Shown here: piece by piece, positions 39,241-49,143 of the stretch
Layout: the number at the start of each line of letters is the position of its first letter
Numbering within the stretch: the stretch's first letter is position 1
Assembly (NCBI GenBank): GCA_965205975.1
Contig: OZ242195.1
Coordinates: forward strand, 2,176,001 to 2,240,000
Source: Candidatus Latescibacterota bacterium
GTDB taxonomy: Bacteria > Latescibacterota > UBA2968
Length of the DNA stretch: 64,000 nucleotides
Direction: 5' to 3'
The notes under the pieces: generated by a model
What the model was told of the DNA's origin: nothing
What the model saw: the letters and a program-made list of their open reading frames with translations, nothing else
Database searches by the model: none
Translations under genes and position numbers: made by a program

Positions 39241-42200
39241 ATGAAATATAAAATCCCAAAACTAAAGATTTTCTCGCTTCTCCCCCCCATCCGCGTATTA
39301 TCCTTCCTATTCTTGTGCGCTACCCTATTGCACGCACCCACCTGGGCGCAATCTCAGGCGACCACCGGCGTTATCCGCGGCTTTGTCTGGGATCAGTTCG
39401 GCAACCCCATTGGCAACGCCACCATCGCCCTCAAAGAAACCAGCACCAATTACCGGCGCACCCTCACATCATCCGATCTGGGGATATTCACCGCGACCCT
39501 GTTGCCCCTGGGTTTTTACGACATCACAGTACAGGCGGAGGGACAGGCAGAAGTGCGTCAAACAGGGGTGCAAGTGCGGGTTGGCGAGACAGTGGAACTC
39601 GTCTTCAAAATGGCATTGCAAATGGACGAAGTCCTCATCGAAGCCACGAGACCCGCCGTTGACATTACCCAGAGCGAAACAGCCACGCGCCTGCCCGAAG
39701 CAGCCGTGCAGGACCTGCCCAACAACGGGCGCAATTTCCTCAATCTCACGCTGTTGACTCCGGGCGTGAGCATCGTGCAAGGACCTGATGGCGATGAATT
39801 GACCATTGCCGGTCAGCGCGGCATACACAACAACATCTCGGTAGATGGCGCGGATTTCAACAACCCCTTCTTCGGCGAACAGCGCGGCGGACAGCGCCCC
39901 GCCTTCACCTTTAATTTAAACGCAGTAGCGGAAATGGTAGTCGTACCCCAGGGAGCCAATGCCGAATTTGGACGCTCCAGCGGGGGCTTTGTCAATGTCA
40001 TCACCAAATCGGGCACCAACCAATTCCAAGGCTCCGTACATTTTTTTGGCAAACACGACGCCCTGTCCAGCACAGCAAGGCACAACGGGATGGAACGCAC
40101 GCCCAATTTCAAACAGGGGCAATTCGGCTTCACCCTGGGTGGCCCACTCAAAAAGGACAGGGCATTTTTCTTTGCCGCGTATGACCAGCAAATTTTCAGA
40201 GATACCAAACAGAACAATATCGAGCGAGGGGATGCCCGCCTGCGCCACTTCATATCGACCGGATTCAATGGCGTTTTATCCGACGACTACGGTGCCATAG
40301 ATCGCACCAACGATGCCCGCGCGTTTCTCCTCAAAGTCGATTACCACCTGTCGCAGGAACACTCCGCCACCTTCAAATACAATTACACCTGGTCCGAACA
40401 GGAAAACGGCACCTTTGATGTGGACTCGTGGGCGCGTAGCGCCAATGCGATAGAAAGGGACTGGTCACACGCCTTCAATGGCAGTCTGGTCTCGCTTCTA
40501 TCCACCAGCACGGTAAATGAATTCCGCTTCCAAATCGCCCGCGAAGACCGTCCTCGTCCCTACGGTGGACCGCAAAATCCCAATACCGGGCGTCCCTTTC
40601 CCGATACGGGCATGGACTTTGTACACGGCTATCGCTTTGGCATGCCCTTCTTCATTCCCATCGAATACTACGACTCCCGCATCCAGTTGCTCAACAATAT
40701 CTCTATAAGCAAGGACAATCACCTGATCAAAGCCGGGATCGAATGGAACCGCGTCGAATCCGTACAAACCTTTATCGGTTTTGCCAATGGGCGCTACATC
40801 TTCAATTCCGTAGATGGCTTTCTCAACTTCGTCCAGCAGGGCAACAGTTATGTCGAATGCTCAGACGGCAGCACCAGTTCCACCGGGACCTGTCCCGACG
40901 GAACGGAAATCACCGGGCCTGTTCTCATCTACTTGCAGCAGTCCGGCGTCGGCGGCCTGAGCGTAGAAGATGCGGGCACGCAGAAGATCCCCCAGCACGA
41001 ACTGGCTCTGTTTGTGCAGGATAGTTGGCAACCCTCGAACAAACTCACACTCAATTATGGCTTGCGCTGGGAAGCGCAGATCCAGCCCGATGTAATCACC
41101 GATCCAGACGAGGTCTTTTTCGCAGATTTCATTGGCAAAACTGTCACCAACCAGACGGGCACATACACATTCCCATCCAACGGCAAAATCCCCTCTGCCT
41201 GGGATATGTTCCAGCCGCGGTTGGGCATAGCTTACGATGTACACGGCGACAATAAGACCCTGTTGCGAGGTAGCGCGGGGATCTACTACGCCCGCATTCC
41301 CGGCTTGAACCTGGCGGGCACCCGCTCGACCAATGGCTCGCGGGGGCAATCCATCTTCCGCTCCAGCGCACTGACGCCCATTTTGGGTCCGCCCCCGACC
41401 TACGGCGAGTTATTGCCCTCACCCACTGGCGATCCCTTTCGCCCCAATATCTTTGTCTTCGACAAAAATTTTAAAAACCCCCGCACCATCAGCACGCATG
41501 TGGGCCTCGAACGCGAATTACATGCAAAGGGGGTAGTCGGTACCTTCGGCTATACATACTCCCACACCAACAACTTGACGCGCTTTGTCAACCGCAACGA
41601 CGCGGTCTTCGGTTCACCTTGGTCAACGGGTTTGGGTCCCGATAGCAGCAACGGCGTCGGCGACTTGGCCGTGGTCGAGAGCACAGCCAAATCGCGCTAT
41701 CATGGCCTCAGCTTTGGGCTGCGCCAGATGGTGCGAGACGATTTCCAATTCCAGATGAACTATACCCTGTCGTGGGACAAATCCGACGACGACAACGAGC
41801 GCGATCCCTTCACCTTCCGCTACGTCGATGCAACGCAATTGGACCGCGAATGGGGCTATTCAGACCGCGACCAGCGCCACCGCTTCAATCTGTGGACCCT
41901 ATCCAGATTGCCCGGCGATCTATTCCTCAACAATCGCATAAGCTACTATTCGGCACAACCGACCTCCGCATCCTGCACGGGCCAGCCCACGACCAACCCC
42001 TGGGGCGCTACCTCTGACCGTATATGCGCCGACGGCAGCATTATCCAGCGCAACACCCTCCGCAAAGACAATGCCTTCTTCTCATGGGACACGCGCCTGT
42101 CCCGCCCCATCCCATTGGGCAACGGCCACTTGGAAGCCATCGTCGAAGTCTTCAACCTGCTCAACACAGACAACTTCCGCGATCCCTCCACCGCGGGCCT

Positions 42201-42282
42201 GCTCTTCAACTTTGACGGCACCGTCCAATCGGGCCTCGGCGACCCACGCGAAGTGCAAATCGGCATGCGCTACGTTTTTTAA
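39241..42282 (+). CDS. TonB-dependent receptor, Oar-like, with carboxypeptidase-regulatory N-domain
   Basis: LPNNGRNF, AEFGRSSGG..NVITKSGTN, FQPRLG, C-terminal REVQIGMRYVF. Start uncertain. Confidence 0.92.
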   Translation: MKYKIPKLKIFSLLPPIRVLSFLFLCATLLHAPTWAQSQATTGVIRGFVWDQFGNPIGNATIALKETSTNYRRTLTSSDLGIFTATLLPLGFYDITVQAEGQAEVRQTGVQVRVGETVELVFKMALQMDEVLIEATRPAVDITQSETATRLPEAAVQDLPNNGRNFLNLTLLTPGVSIVQGPDGDELTIAGQRGIHNNISVDGADFNNPFFGEQRGGQRPAFTFNLNAVAEMVVVPQGANAEFGRSSGGFVNVITKSGTNQFQGSVHFFGKHDALSSTARHNGMERTPNFKQGQFGFTLGGPLKKDRAFFFAAYDQQIFRDTKQNNIERGDARLRHFISTGFNGVLSDDYGAIDRTNDARAFLLKVDYHLSQEHSATFKYNYTWSEQENGTFDVDSWARSANAIERDWSHAFNGSLVSLLSTSTVNEFRFQIAREDRPRPYGGPQNPNTGRPFPDTGMDFVHGYRFGMPFFIPIEYYDSRIQLLNNISISKDNHLIKAGIEWNRVESVQTFIGFANGRYIFNSVDGFLNFVQQGNSYVECSDGSTSSTGTCPDGTEITGPVLIYLQQSGVGGLSVEDAGTQKIPQHELALFVQDSWQPSNKLTLNYGLRWEAQIQPDVITDPDEVFFADFIGKTVTNQTGTYTFPSNGKIPSAWDMFQPRLGIAYDVHGDNKTLLRGSAGIYYARIPGLNLAGTRSTNGSRGQSIFRSSALTPILGPPPTYGELLPSPTGDPFRPNIFVFDKNFKNPRTISTHVGLERELHAKGVVGTFGYTYSHTNNLTRFVNRNDAVFGSPWSTGLGPDSSNGVGDLAVVESTAKSRYHGLSFGLRQMVRDDFQFQMNYTLSWDKSDDDNERDPFTFRYVDATQLDREWGYSDRDQRHRFNLWTLSRLPGDLFLNNRISYYSAQPTSASCTGQPTTNPWGATSDRICADGSIIQRNTLRKDNAFFSWDTRLSRPIPLGNGHLEAIVEVFNLLNTDNFRDPSTAGLLFNFDGTVQSGLGDPREVQIGMRYVF

Positions 42283-42299
42283 TTGTAGTGAGAGAGAAA

Positions 42300-45092
42300 A
42301 TGGCAAATACGCGAGAAGAAGTACTAAACACTGTTGTGGCTTCGATACTGTCCAAATATGATGACAGTATCGAGGCTGCCCCTGAACAGCGCGAAGGTCC
42401 AGAGGCGATTGATATTACGGTGCGTCATGAGAATGCCCGCAATACAGAGGTGGTTATTGAAGCCAAAATTGGAACGTCTGCGGGAAAGAGGAAAGAAGCC
42501 ACCAAACAAGTTCGCCAGCGTTTGGAGAGTCGGCCAAGTGCTATGGCATTTGCGGTGTGTTATCCCAATGATCTCAAGGGTCTTGCCTCTCTGTCACAAC
42601 TGGAGACAGGCATGGCAAATACGCAGCAGTTATGGTTTGCTCCTGTGACCCGCGTAGGCAAGACACCCACATGGCGTGAAGGCTCTGTGCAGGAATTTGC
42701 CAGCGTTTTATTTCAAAATGATCTTCCACAAAGTAATGTTGCGGATGCGATTGAGTATTCGGTTCGTCAGGCGGCAGACTTGATTTCTGATAGAACGCTC
42801 TTCAGCCCTACCCAGGCAGAAAAATTGCCCCCTTTGCTCGCCGAAGCATTGGCATTGCCTTCTAAGACGCCAAAAGATAAACGCGCTACGGTGTTGATTG
42901 CCGCATTGATGGTATCCAATGCGGCTTTGCTTCACCATCGGTTGCGTGTAGTAGATAACCTTTCGGACGTGCCAACTTTGCAAAATTGTATGGATCGCGG
43001 TGACGATACATTTTTGCGGGCATTGATAGATGCTTGGAAAGCCATATTAAAGATCGACTATCATCCTGTATTTGATCCTGCGGTATCGGTTTTGGAAACT
43101 TTCATGGCAGTTGACCACAATGCGCGTATAGGTGCTGTTCATGCTGTCCGTTTGCTGGTCCAATACGCCCTTGCACATGCGGATGATTTGGCCGCACTAC
43201 GCTTCGATCATGCGGGGCCACTGTATCATCGCCTGTTGGAATCGGCAAGGTATGATGGATCATTCTATACAAACAACGTTTCCGCATTGCTGTTAGCGCG
43301 ACTGGCCCTGACAAAAGATTTTACTGACTGGTCAGATGAGGAAGGTCTAGGAAAACTGAAAGTGATTGACCCGGCGTGTGGAACAGGCACGTTGCTGATG
43401 GCTGCGATGCACACCATCCGCGATAGGTATATCAATACTGCGGGTCAGGATGCCGATTTTTTGCACCTATTTATGGTAGAAGATGTGCTTCATGGCCTGG
43501 ACATCAATAGGCATGGCATACAGTTGGCGGCCTGCAACTTGACGCTGGGCAATCCGCGGGTGGATTATACCAAGATGAATTTGTTCACCATGCGTCATGG
43601 TCCTCATACCAATGGCAAAACGCACATTGGGTCGTTAGAATTGCTTGCAACAGCAGAGGATGATGGCACACCAAATCTCACACAGTTTATTTCGCCACTG
43701 CCGAGACTGGAAAACCTCGAAGCAGAACGCGCACAGCCTGGGGATGTCAATGGAGATTCTTACGTCGGTATATTTGATGTGGTGATCATGAACCCGCCAT
43801 TTACCCGCAATGATATACGCAATAGGCAATACACCGCACGTGATCGCAAGCGTATTCAAGATCAAGAAAAAGAGGTTGTTGATTTTGTTCGGCAACGCGA
43901 CCCGGAAGCCGGTGAAGCTATAGATCATACCAATGCGAGAGGCTTTTTTACACCATTGGCGGATATGTTATTAAAGAAAAAAACGGGTGTATTGGCTGAA
44001 GTTCTTCCGACAACGGCTTTGATTGGCGCATCAGGAAAGCGGGAGCGCATGTTTCTTGCGAATCGTTTTCAGATTGAGACCATTATCACCAGCCATGACC
44101 CATCGCGTGTGAATTTCTCTGAGAATACAGCGATCCATGAATCTCTGTTTATTGCGCGTCGATCTGATGCGGAGAAAAAACCTACCCGATTTATTTCTTT
44201 GGGACGCATGCCAGGAGATGCTCATGAGGCGATGTTGCTATCAGATATGATCAATCAAGGCAAAATTTCTACCGAGTGGGGCAGGGAGCACGAATGGCGA
44301 TGGGAGCGAATGCGAGAGGGTGATTGGCAAGCCGCGTTGTTTTACGATGGGGAACTGGCTGAAGCGTATTACGATCTTGCCGCGCTCAATGGCACGCGAT
44401 TACAAATTGCTGGCAACGCATGTGCCATAGAACCGGAGGGACGACGTGTGCGAGACGCTTTTTCTCGTAACTCAAATTTAGATACCCCCTGGAAAACACC
44501 GGTTCTGTGGGATCATCAGACAGATGTCCGTACGACGATGGCTGCAAAGCCTGATGTGGTAGCAACACCCAAGCGAGGTAGAGAGAAGTATGCACAGAGT
44601 TTGGTGAAGAAAGCCAGCCGATTGGTTATCTCAGGACGTCTTTATACATACGCCGTGCGAACAGCAGCATGTTATACAGAGGAGCCAGTGCTTGGCTCTG
44701 CCTGGGTGCCTGTCACCTCACTATCAAAAACACCTCACTTTGATCAGGCGCTGTGTGCATGGTGGAACTCGACGCCTGGGATACTGACGATGCTTCATGC
44801 CAGGTCCAAAAAGTTGACATATCCAGCATATTCTTTGGACCTACTACGCAAATTGCTCATCCCCAATCCGCGCAATGTCAATGTCTCCCCGCTCATTGAT
44901 GTTTTCGCTAAAACTCACCAGCAAGTACTCAAGCCTTGGAAAGAGATGGACACCTGCCCTGTACGCGCCCTTATCGACGAAGCAGCAGCACAGGTTCTTC
45001 ACATGGATGGGACAAAGATTGCGGACTGGCGCAAGCGAATCACGCTTGAACCTACCGTCTCTAACCGTCCGGCAGTGGAGCATTTTGGCTGA
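42300..45092 (+). CDS. Type IIG-like fused restriction endonuclease / N6-adenine methyltransferase
   Basis: N-terminal ID...IEAK (PD-(D/E)xK-like), GSFYT, motif I DPACGTGT, motif IV NPPF, C-terminal TRD-like region. Confidence 0.88.
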   Translation: MANTREEVLNTVVASILSKYDDSIEAAPEQREGPEAIDITVRHENARNTEVVIEAKIGTSAGKRKEATKQVRQRLESRPSAMAFAVCYPNDLKGLASLSQLETGMANTQQLWFAPVTRVGKTPTWREGSVQEFASVLFQNDLPQSNVADAIEYSVRQAADLISDRTLFSPTQAEKLPPLLAEALALPSKTPKDKRATVLIAALMVSNAALLHHRLRVVDNLSDVPTLQNCMDRGDDTFLRALIDAWKAILKIDYHPVFDPAVSVLETFMAVDHNARIGAVHAVRLLVQYALAHADDLAALRFDHAGPLYHRLLESARYDGSFYTNNVSALLLARLALTKDFTDWSDEEGLGKLKVIDPACGTGTLLMAAMHTIRDRYINTAGQDADFLHLFMVEDVLHGLDINRHGIQLAACNLTLGNPRVDYTKMNLFTMRHGPHTNGKTHIGSLELLATAEDDGTPNLTQFISPLPRLENLEAERAQPGDVNGDSYVGIFDVVIMNPPFTRNDIRNRQYTARDRKRIQDQEKEVVDFVRQRDPEAGEAIDHTNARGFFTPLADMLLKKKTGVLAEVLPTTALIGASGKRERMFLANRFQIETIITSHDPSRVNFSENTAIHESLFIARRSDAEKKPTRFISLGRMPGDAHEAMLLSDMINQGKISTEWGREHEWRWERMREGDWQAALFYDGELAEAYYDLAALNGTRLQIAGNACAIEPEGRRVRDAFSRNSNLDTPWKTPVLWDHQTDVRTTMAAKPDVVATPKRGREKYAQSLVKKASRLVISGRLYTYAVRTAACYTEEPVLGSAWVPVTSLSKTPHFDQALCAWWNSTPGILTMLHARSKKLTYPAYSLDLLRKLLIPNPRNVNVSPLIDVFAKTHQQVLKPWKEMDTCPVRALIDEAAAQVLHMDGTKIADWRKRITLEPTVSNRPAVEHFG

Positions 45093-45145
45093 ATAGAAAG
45101 GCGTTGAATTCGGGCTTGAGTAGGATGTTGCTTTGGATAAATTTC

Positions 45146-45177
45146 AATGGGGTCGCTCTGCAGAGAGCGACCCCATT
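45146..45177. terminator. Perfect 14-bp hairpin between convergent genes
   Basis: aatggggtcgctct-gcag-agagcgaccccatt. Confidence 0.75.
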
Positions 45178-45251
45178 TCAAATCAAGTTACTCGGGCTTA
45201 CTTACTATAGGGAGAAGAAAAAGTCGTTCTGATCCCACAAAATTGAGAAGA

Positions 45252-45629
45252 TCAACCCGTGCCTGTATTGGCGAGCTCTTCTGGACTCTTACTCGTCCAT
45301 TCACGAGCATGGAGAAGAACCGGCGCACGATCTTCCTCCGACCAAATGGGCATAGAAAGTCCCCAGTATAAAAAATGGATCCTATGCCCATTTTCTTCTA
45401 TCTCGTTTTCGCGACCATCTTTTGTGTAAACCACTACGATGTCACCCGTTTTTACTCTTTTATCGGGAAACCAATAGGTGTTGTACGTATGCGTGGTTAA
45501 GCCGCTGTCATCGTAAACCGTTTGGAGCAATATATATTCACCAATATCTGTATTGGCACGCACATTAAGGATCAGGCGTTCCTTTTTCAGATCCCCCTTA
45601 TTTTCTACGGAAAGAATAGCCAGTCTCAT
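45252..45629 (-). CDS. Hypothetical beta-rich protein, lamin-tail-domain-like (tentative)
   Basis: 125 aa, no signal peptide; ER..L...DIG.Y, YWFP...VK.GD.VVVYT..G, YWG...PIW. Confidence 0.7.
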   Translation of the reverse strand: MRLAILSVENKGDLKKERLILNVRANTDIGEYILLQTVYDDSGLTTHTYNTYWFPDKRVKTGDIVVVYTKDGRENEIEENGHRIHFLYWGLSMPIWSEEDRAPVLLHAREWTSKSPEELANTGTG

Positions 45630-45633
45630 GACT

Positions 45634-46059
45634 TCACCACCTTCTCACTTTAGCGGCAATACCACCGAGAATCAATATTATTCCTAATGCCAAGATGATC
45701 CCATTGTCTGGTTGTGCAGGCGCGTACCCGACAGCGGCAGCTCCGATGGTAAGGCAGGCTATTGAGATGACTTCAAAAGCGATGTTCGTTTTGATCTTCT
45801 CTTCGAGAACGGCAACCTTTTTATTTTCTACATGGAATTGATTCCGATATTTATTGAGTTCATGGTTCTCAATATCAAGCCGCTCTATCTCGTCAAGCAA
45901 GAACTTCTGCACCACCGGACTTGCAAAATCCTCATCAGACAGTTCCCGCGTAATCCCTTGAAGTGCCTGACGATGACGCTCTTTCTGTTGTCTTTGGTGT
46001 CTCTGGCGAGAGCCTTCTCCAGGATCTTCAGGCACCAGGTTGTTTACTTCTTCTGCCAT
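45634..46059 (-). CDS. Hypothetical coiled-coil protein with two C-terminal TM helices
   Basis: 141 aa; charged N-terminus, heptad region, two hydrophobic segments; 4 bp from the next gene. Confidence 0.75.
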   Translation of the reverse strand: MAEEVNNLVPEDPGEGSRQRHQRQQKERHRQALQGITRELSDEDFASPVVQKFLLDEIERLDIENHELNKYRNQFHVENKKVAVLEEKIKTNIAFEVISIACLTIGAAAVGYAPAQPDNGIILALGIILILGGIAAKVRRW

Positions 46060-46421
46060 AAGTATTCACTAACGCATTGTAAGCCCTAATAGCCTACTTG
46101 CACGTATATTCTCTCTGATTCTGGTCGCCATCGCATAAGAACAATTTAGGCACTTGCCCTGTAATGTCAAATAATAAAAAGCAAAAAGGTTGGCTTTTCT
46201 ATGACAGCTTTGTAATAAAAAAAATACTTTGCTTTTTTTTATTTGCATTTTTGTTCAATCTCTGTATCCATGTCTAAGGATTCACTTTGAATCTCGACGA
46301 AATATTTTAAGTGCTCGTAGCCTTGACAACATCAAAAATTTTGGCTATTTCATAGTGAGTTTTCTAATATCGCTCGACTTCGAGATGGTCCAACCATATA
46401 GAATTATTGTTTCACAGCCCT

Positions 46422-46580
46422 ATAGCCATCGCCCATGATCTAGATGCGATTATTTCCTGGAACTTCAGACATATGGTGAATCCTTTGCGTCGGCGTCAAA
46501 TCCAGTCCGCCTGTCTGATGTTGGGGCATCGTCCAATCGATATTATTTCGCCTCCGGAGGTGATAACAAATGGAGCCTGA
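46422..46580 (+). pseudogene. C-terminal remnant of a PIN-domain (VapC-like) toxin
   Basis: Manual translation IAIAHDLDAIISWNFRHMVN...IISPPEV matches the PIN 'WNFKH...I.tPeE' subfamily; in-frame TAA at 46365 leaves no room for the N-terminus. Confidence 0.75.
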
Positions 46581-46749
46581 AAACAAACCTCTAAGTCCCG
46601 AATGGTTGCGGCGTCTGAGAGATACCAATTCCGAAAAAGGTCCCAAAGAAGCTCAGGATCGTCGAGAAGCTGCACTGCAACTTGCCAAACGTTTCGGTTT
46701 AAAAATATCCAAATCAGACACTTGCCAAAAAAGGCAGGGAGCGTTTTAG
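46570..46749 (+). CDS. 59-aa partner (putative antitoxin) of the PIN remnant
   Basis: MEPENKPLSPEWLRRLRD...GAF; GGAGGTG RBS; overlaps the PIN 3' end; below the ORF-track cutoff. Confidence 0.55.
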   Translation: MEPENKPLSPEWLRRLRDTNSEKGPKEAQDRREAALQLAKRFGLKISKSDTCQKRQGAF

Positions 46750-46800
46750 GGCTTTGCTACACCCTCAAAAATTCGCATCCTCTTTAAGTACCTGACAGCC

Positions 46801-46852
46801 TTGACAATACCTGAATTTTCGGCTATTTTGCAGTGTAATTGCAAAATAGCCG
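46801..46852 (+). promoter_or_regulatory. Promoter with overlapping 13-bp inverted repeat
   Basis: TTGACA-N17-TATTTT; cggctattttgca-N7-tgcaaaatagccg. Confidence 0.65.
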
Positions 46853-46871
46853 TTTTTTTGGGTATCTCAAA

Positions 46872-48083
46872 ATGTACATTTCCCGCACACTTGAACCCTT
46901 TGTCGCATCTTCCCGATTTCCCGTCCTCATGCTCTCTGGAGCCAGACAGGTTGGCAAGACGACATTTCTACGACACTTAAGCGAACCGGACCGAACATAC
47001 ATCACCCTGGACGATCCGCTTGTCCAGAGCCTGGCAAAAGAAGACCCTGCCCTGTTCATGCAGCGTTACCCGCCGCCCGTGCTTATCGACGAAATCCAAT
47101 ACGCGCCAGAGTTATTGCCCCATATCAAAATCGCCGTGGATCGCGACCGCTCTCCCGGTCAGTTCTGGCTTACGGGATCGCAGCAATTTCATCTGATGAA
47201 AGGCGTATCCGAATCCCTAACTGGTCGGGTGGGCATCGTGCAGCTTTTTGGTCTTTCGCGACGCGAGCGAATCGGGAGCGACTCATCTCCATTCTTGCCT
47301 GTCTCCGACATTATTCACAACAGACTCCAGACCGGAGATCCCCTCGGCCTGAAAGAACTCTACAGGCTGATATGGCGCGGCGACTTTCCAGCCATTGCTC
47401 TGGACGACCAGATGGATTGGAACCTGTTTTACAGTTCATACTTGCAAACCTACCTCCAGCGCGATATTCGGGACCTCGCCCGGGTGGGCGATGAGCTATC
47501 CTTTCTCAGGTTTCTCAGAGCTACCGCTGCCCGAACCGCACAAATGTTAAATTTTTCGGACCTGGCGCGCGATGCGGATGTTGCGCCAAACACGGCAAAA
47601 ACATGGCTATCCATTTTACAGGCCTCCGGAATCATCTATCTTCTGGAACCCTATTATACCAACCTTACCAAACGACTGGTGAGAAGCCCCAAACTCTATT
47701 TTTTCGACACCGGACTATGTGCCTACCTCACCGAATGGACCAGCCCTGAAACACTGGAAGCTGGCGCAATGTCCGGCCCCATTTTGGAATCCTGGATCGT
47801 GAGTGAACTGTTGAAAAGCTACCGGCACAACGGTCACATGCCCCCGTTCTATTATTACCGGGATCGAGACGGAAAAGAAATTGATCTCCTCATCGTGCGG
47901 GATGGAACAATTTATCCGCTGGAAATCAAAAAAACCGCTTCCCCCAACAAAAACCACGTCCAGAATTTCCGCGTACTAAAAAAATTAAACCTGCCCATTG
48001 GACCGGGCGCCGTAATCTGCTTATCAGAACAACTTTTACCACTCACAGAAACTGCCATGTCGATTCCCGTATCTGCACTTTGA
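46872..48083 (+). CDS. AAA_14 ATPase with DUF4143 (C-terminal PD-(D/E)xK-like) domain
   Basis: GARQVGKT, IDEIQY, LTGS, SPKLYFFDTG, EIDL...LEIK. Confidence 0.92.
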   Translation: MYISRTLEPFVASSRFPVLMLSGARQVGKTTFLRHLSEPDRTYITLDDPLVQSLAKEDPALFMQRYPPPVLIDEIQYAPELLPHIKIAVDRDRSPGQFWLTGSQQFHLMKGVSESLTGRVGIVQLFGLSRRERIGSDSSPFLPVSDIIHNRLQTGDPLGLKELYRLIWRGDFPAIALDDQMDWNLFYSSYLQTYLQRDIRDLARVGDELSFLRFLRATAARTAQMLNFSDLARDADVAPNTAKTWLSILQASGIIYLLEPYYTNLTKRLVRSPKLYFFDTGLCAYLTEWTSPETLEAGAMSGPILESWIVSELLKSYRHNGHMPPFYYYRDRDGKEIDLLIVRDGTIYPLEIKKTASPNKNHVQNFRVLKKLNLPIGPGAVICLSEQLLPLTETAMSIPVSAL

Positions 48084-48093
48084 CGGACAGGCT

Positions 48094-48120
48094 GGGCAGG
48101 CACAGGGGCACTGCCTCTAC
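48094..48120 (-). repeat. GTAG-type REP-like palindrome
   Basis: Minus strand reads GTAGAGGCAGTGCCCCTGTGCCTGCCC. Confidence 0.65.
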
Positions 48121-48132
48121 AAAGGCCATCTT

Positions 48133-49092
48133 ATGATACCCGATCTCTTACCCTTAAAACCCTACCTCCGCGAAACCGTCTGGGGGGGACGCAGCCTGGG
48201 GACACACTACAACAAAGCACTTCCCCCGGATGTGCCCATTGGCGAATCGTGGGAAGTCTCGGCATACAAAGGGATGGAAAGCATCGTTGCGGACGGTCCA
48301 CTTGCCGGACAAAATCTCGCCGACCTCGTCGCAATTTATGGCGCAGACCTCCTCGGACAGCGCGTTATCCAGCGTTACGGCACCGAGTTCCCATTGCTCA
48401 TCAAGCTCCTCGACGCGCGCGACGACCTCTCCATTCAGGTACACCCCGACGACACCTACACCCGCGTAGAAAACCTGGGCACGTATGGAAAAACAGAAGC
48501 GTGGTACGTACTCAAATCAAATCAGGGACGCGTGGCGTGTGGCTTGAAAGACGGCGTTGACAAACACAGCTTGAAATTATCCATCCGCGAAAATCGCGTA
48601 CAGGACACCGTGCAATTCTTCGATGTACAGGAAGGCGATGTCATCTTCGTACCGCCCGGCACAGTACACGCCCTGTGCCAGAACGTCATGATCTACGAAG
48701 TACAACAATCCAGCGACCTCACCTTTCGCATCTACGACTACAACCGCCCCGGCACCGACGGCAAGCCGCGCGAACTGCACATTGACCGCGCCCTCGACGT
48801 CATCGCCTTTGACGCATCCGCACCAGAACCTCGGCACTCACGCCACGAGGCAAACGCCACACTCATCGGAGATGAAGACACCGAATACTTCCGCCTCGAA
48901 CGCTTTGCCCCTGTAGGCACCATCCAACACACCTACCCCACATTCGCAGCGCTCACCATCCTCAACGGTCAGGCACGACTAAACAAAACCTTCACCGCTC
49001 AAACAGGCGACACCTTCTTCATCCCGGCCAATCGCACCGTCACCGTCTCGCCTGAAGAACAGGTGGAATATTTGATCTCATCATGTGGGTAG
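48133..49092 (+). CDS. manA: Mannose-6-phosphate isomerase, class I
   Basis: VWGG, IGESWE, FPLLIKLLDA..DLSIQVHP, GKTEAWY, PGTVHA, EVQQSSD.T.R.YDY. Confidence 0.88.
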   Translation: MIPDLLPLKPYLRETVWGGRSLGTHYNKALPPDVPIGESWEVSAYKGMESIVADGPLAGQNLADLVAIYGADLLGQRVIQRYGTEFPLLIKLLDARDDLSIQVHPDDTYTRVENLGTYGKTEAWYVLKSNQGRVACGLKDGVDKHSLKLSIRENRVQDTVQFFDVQEGDVIFVPPGTVHALCQNVMIYEVQQSSDLTFRIYDYNRPGTDGKPRELHIDRALDVIAFDASAPEPRHSRHEANATLIGDEDTEYFRLERFAPVGTIQHTYPTFAALTILNGQARLNKTFTAQTGDTFFIPANRTVTVSPEEQVEYLISSCG

Positions 49093-49143
49093 AAAAACGA
49101 GTCGGCGATGGAGTTTGGAACAACGTTGGGAGATTGGGCGGGG

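Noticed and set aside
46229..46787. Track ORFs 46229-46438, 46440-46646 and 46602-46787
   Set aside because: No motifs; the region is better explained by the PIN remnant and the 59-aa ORF in other frames.
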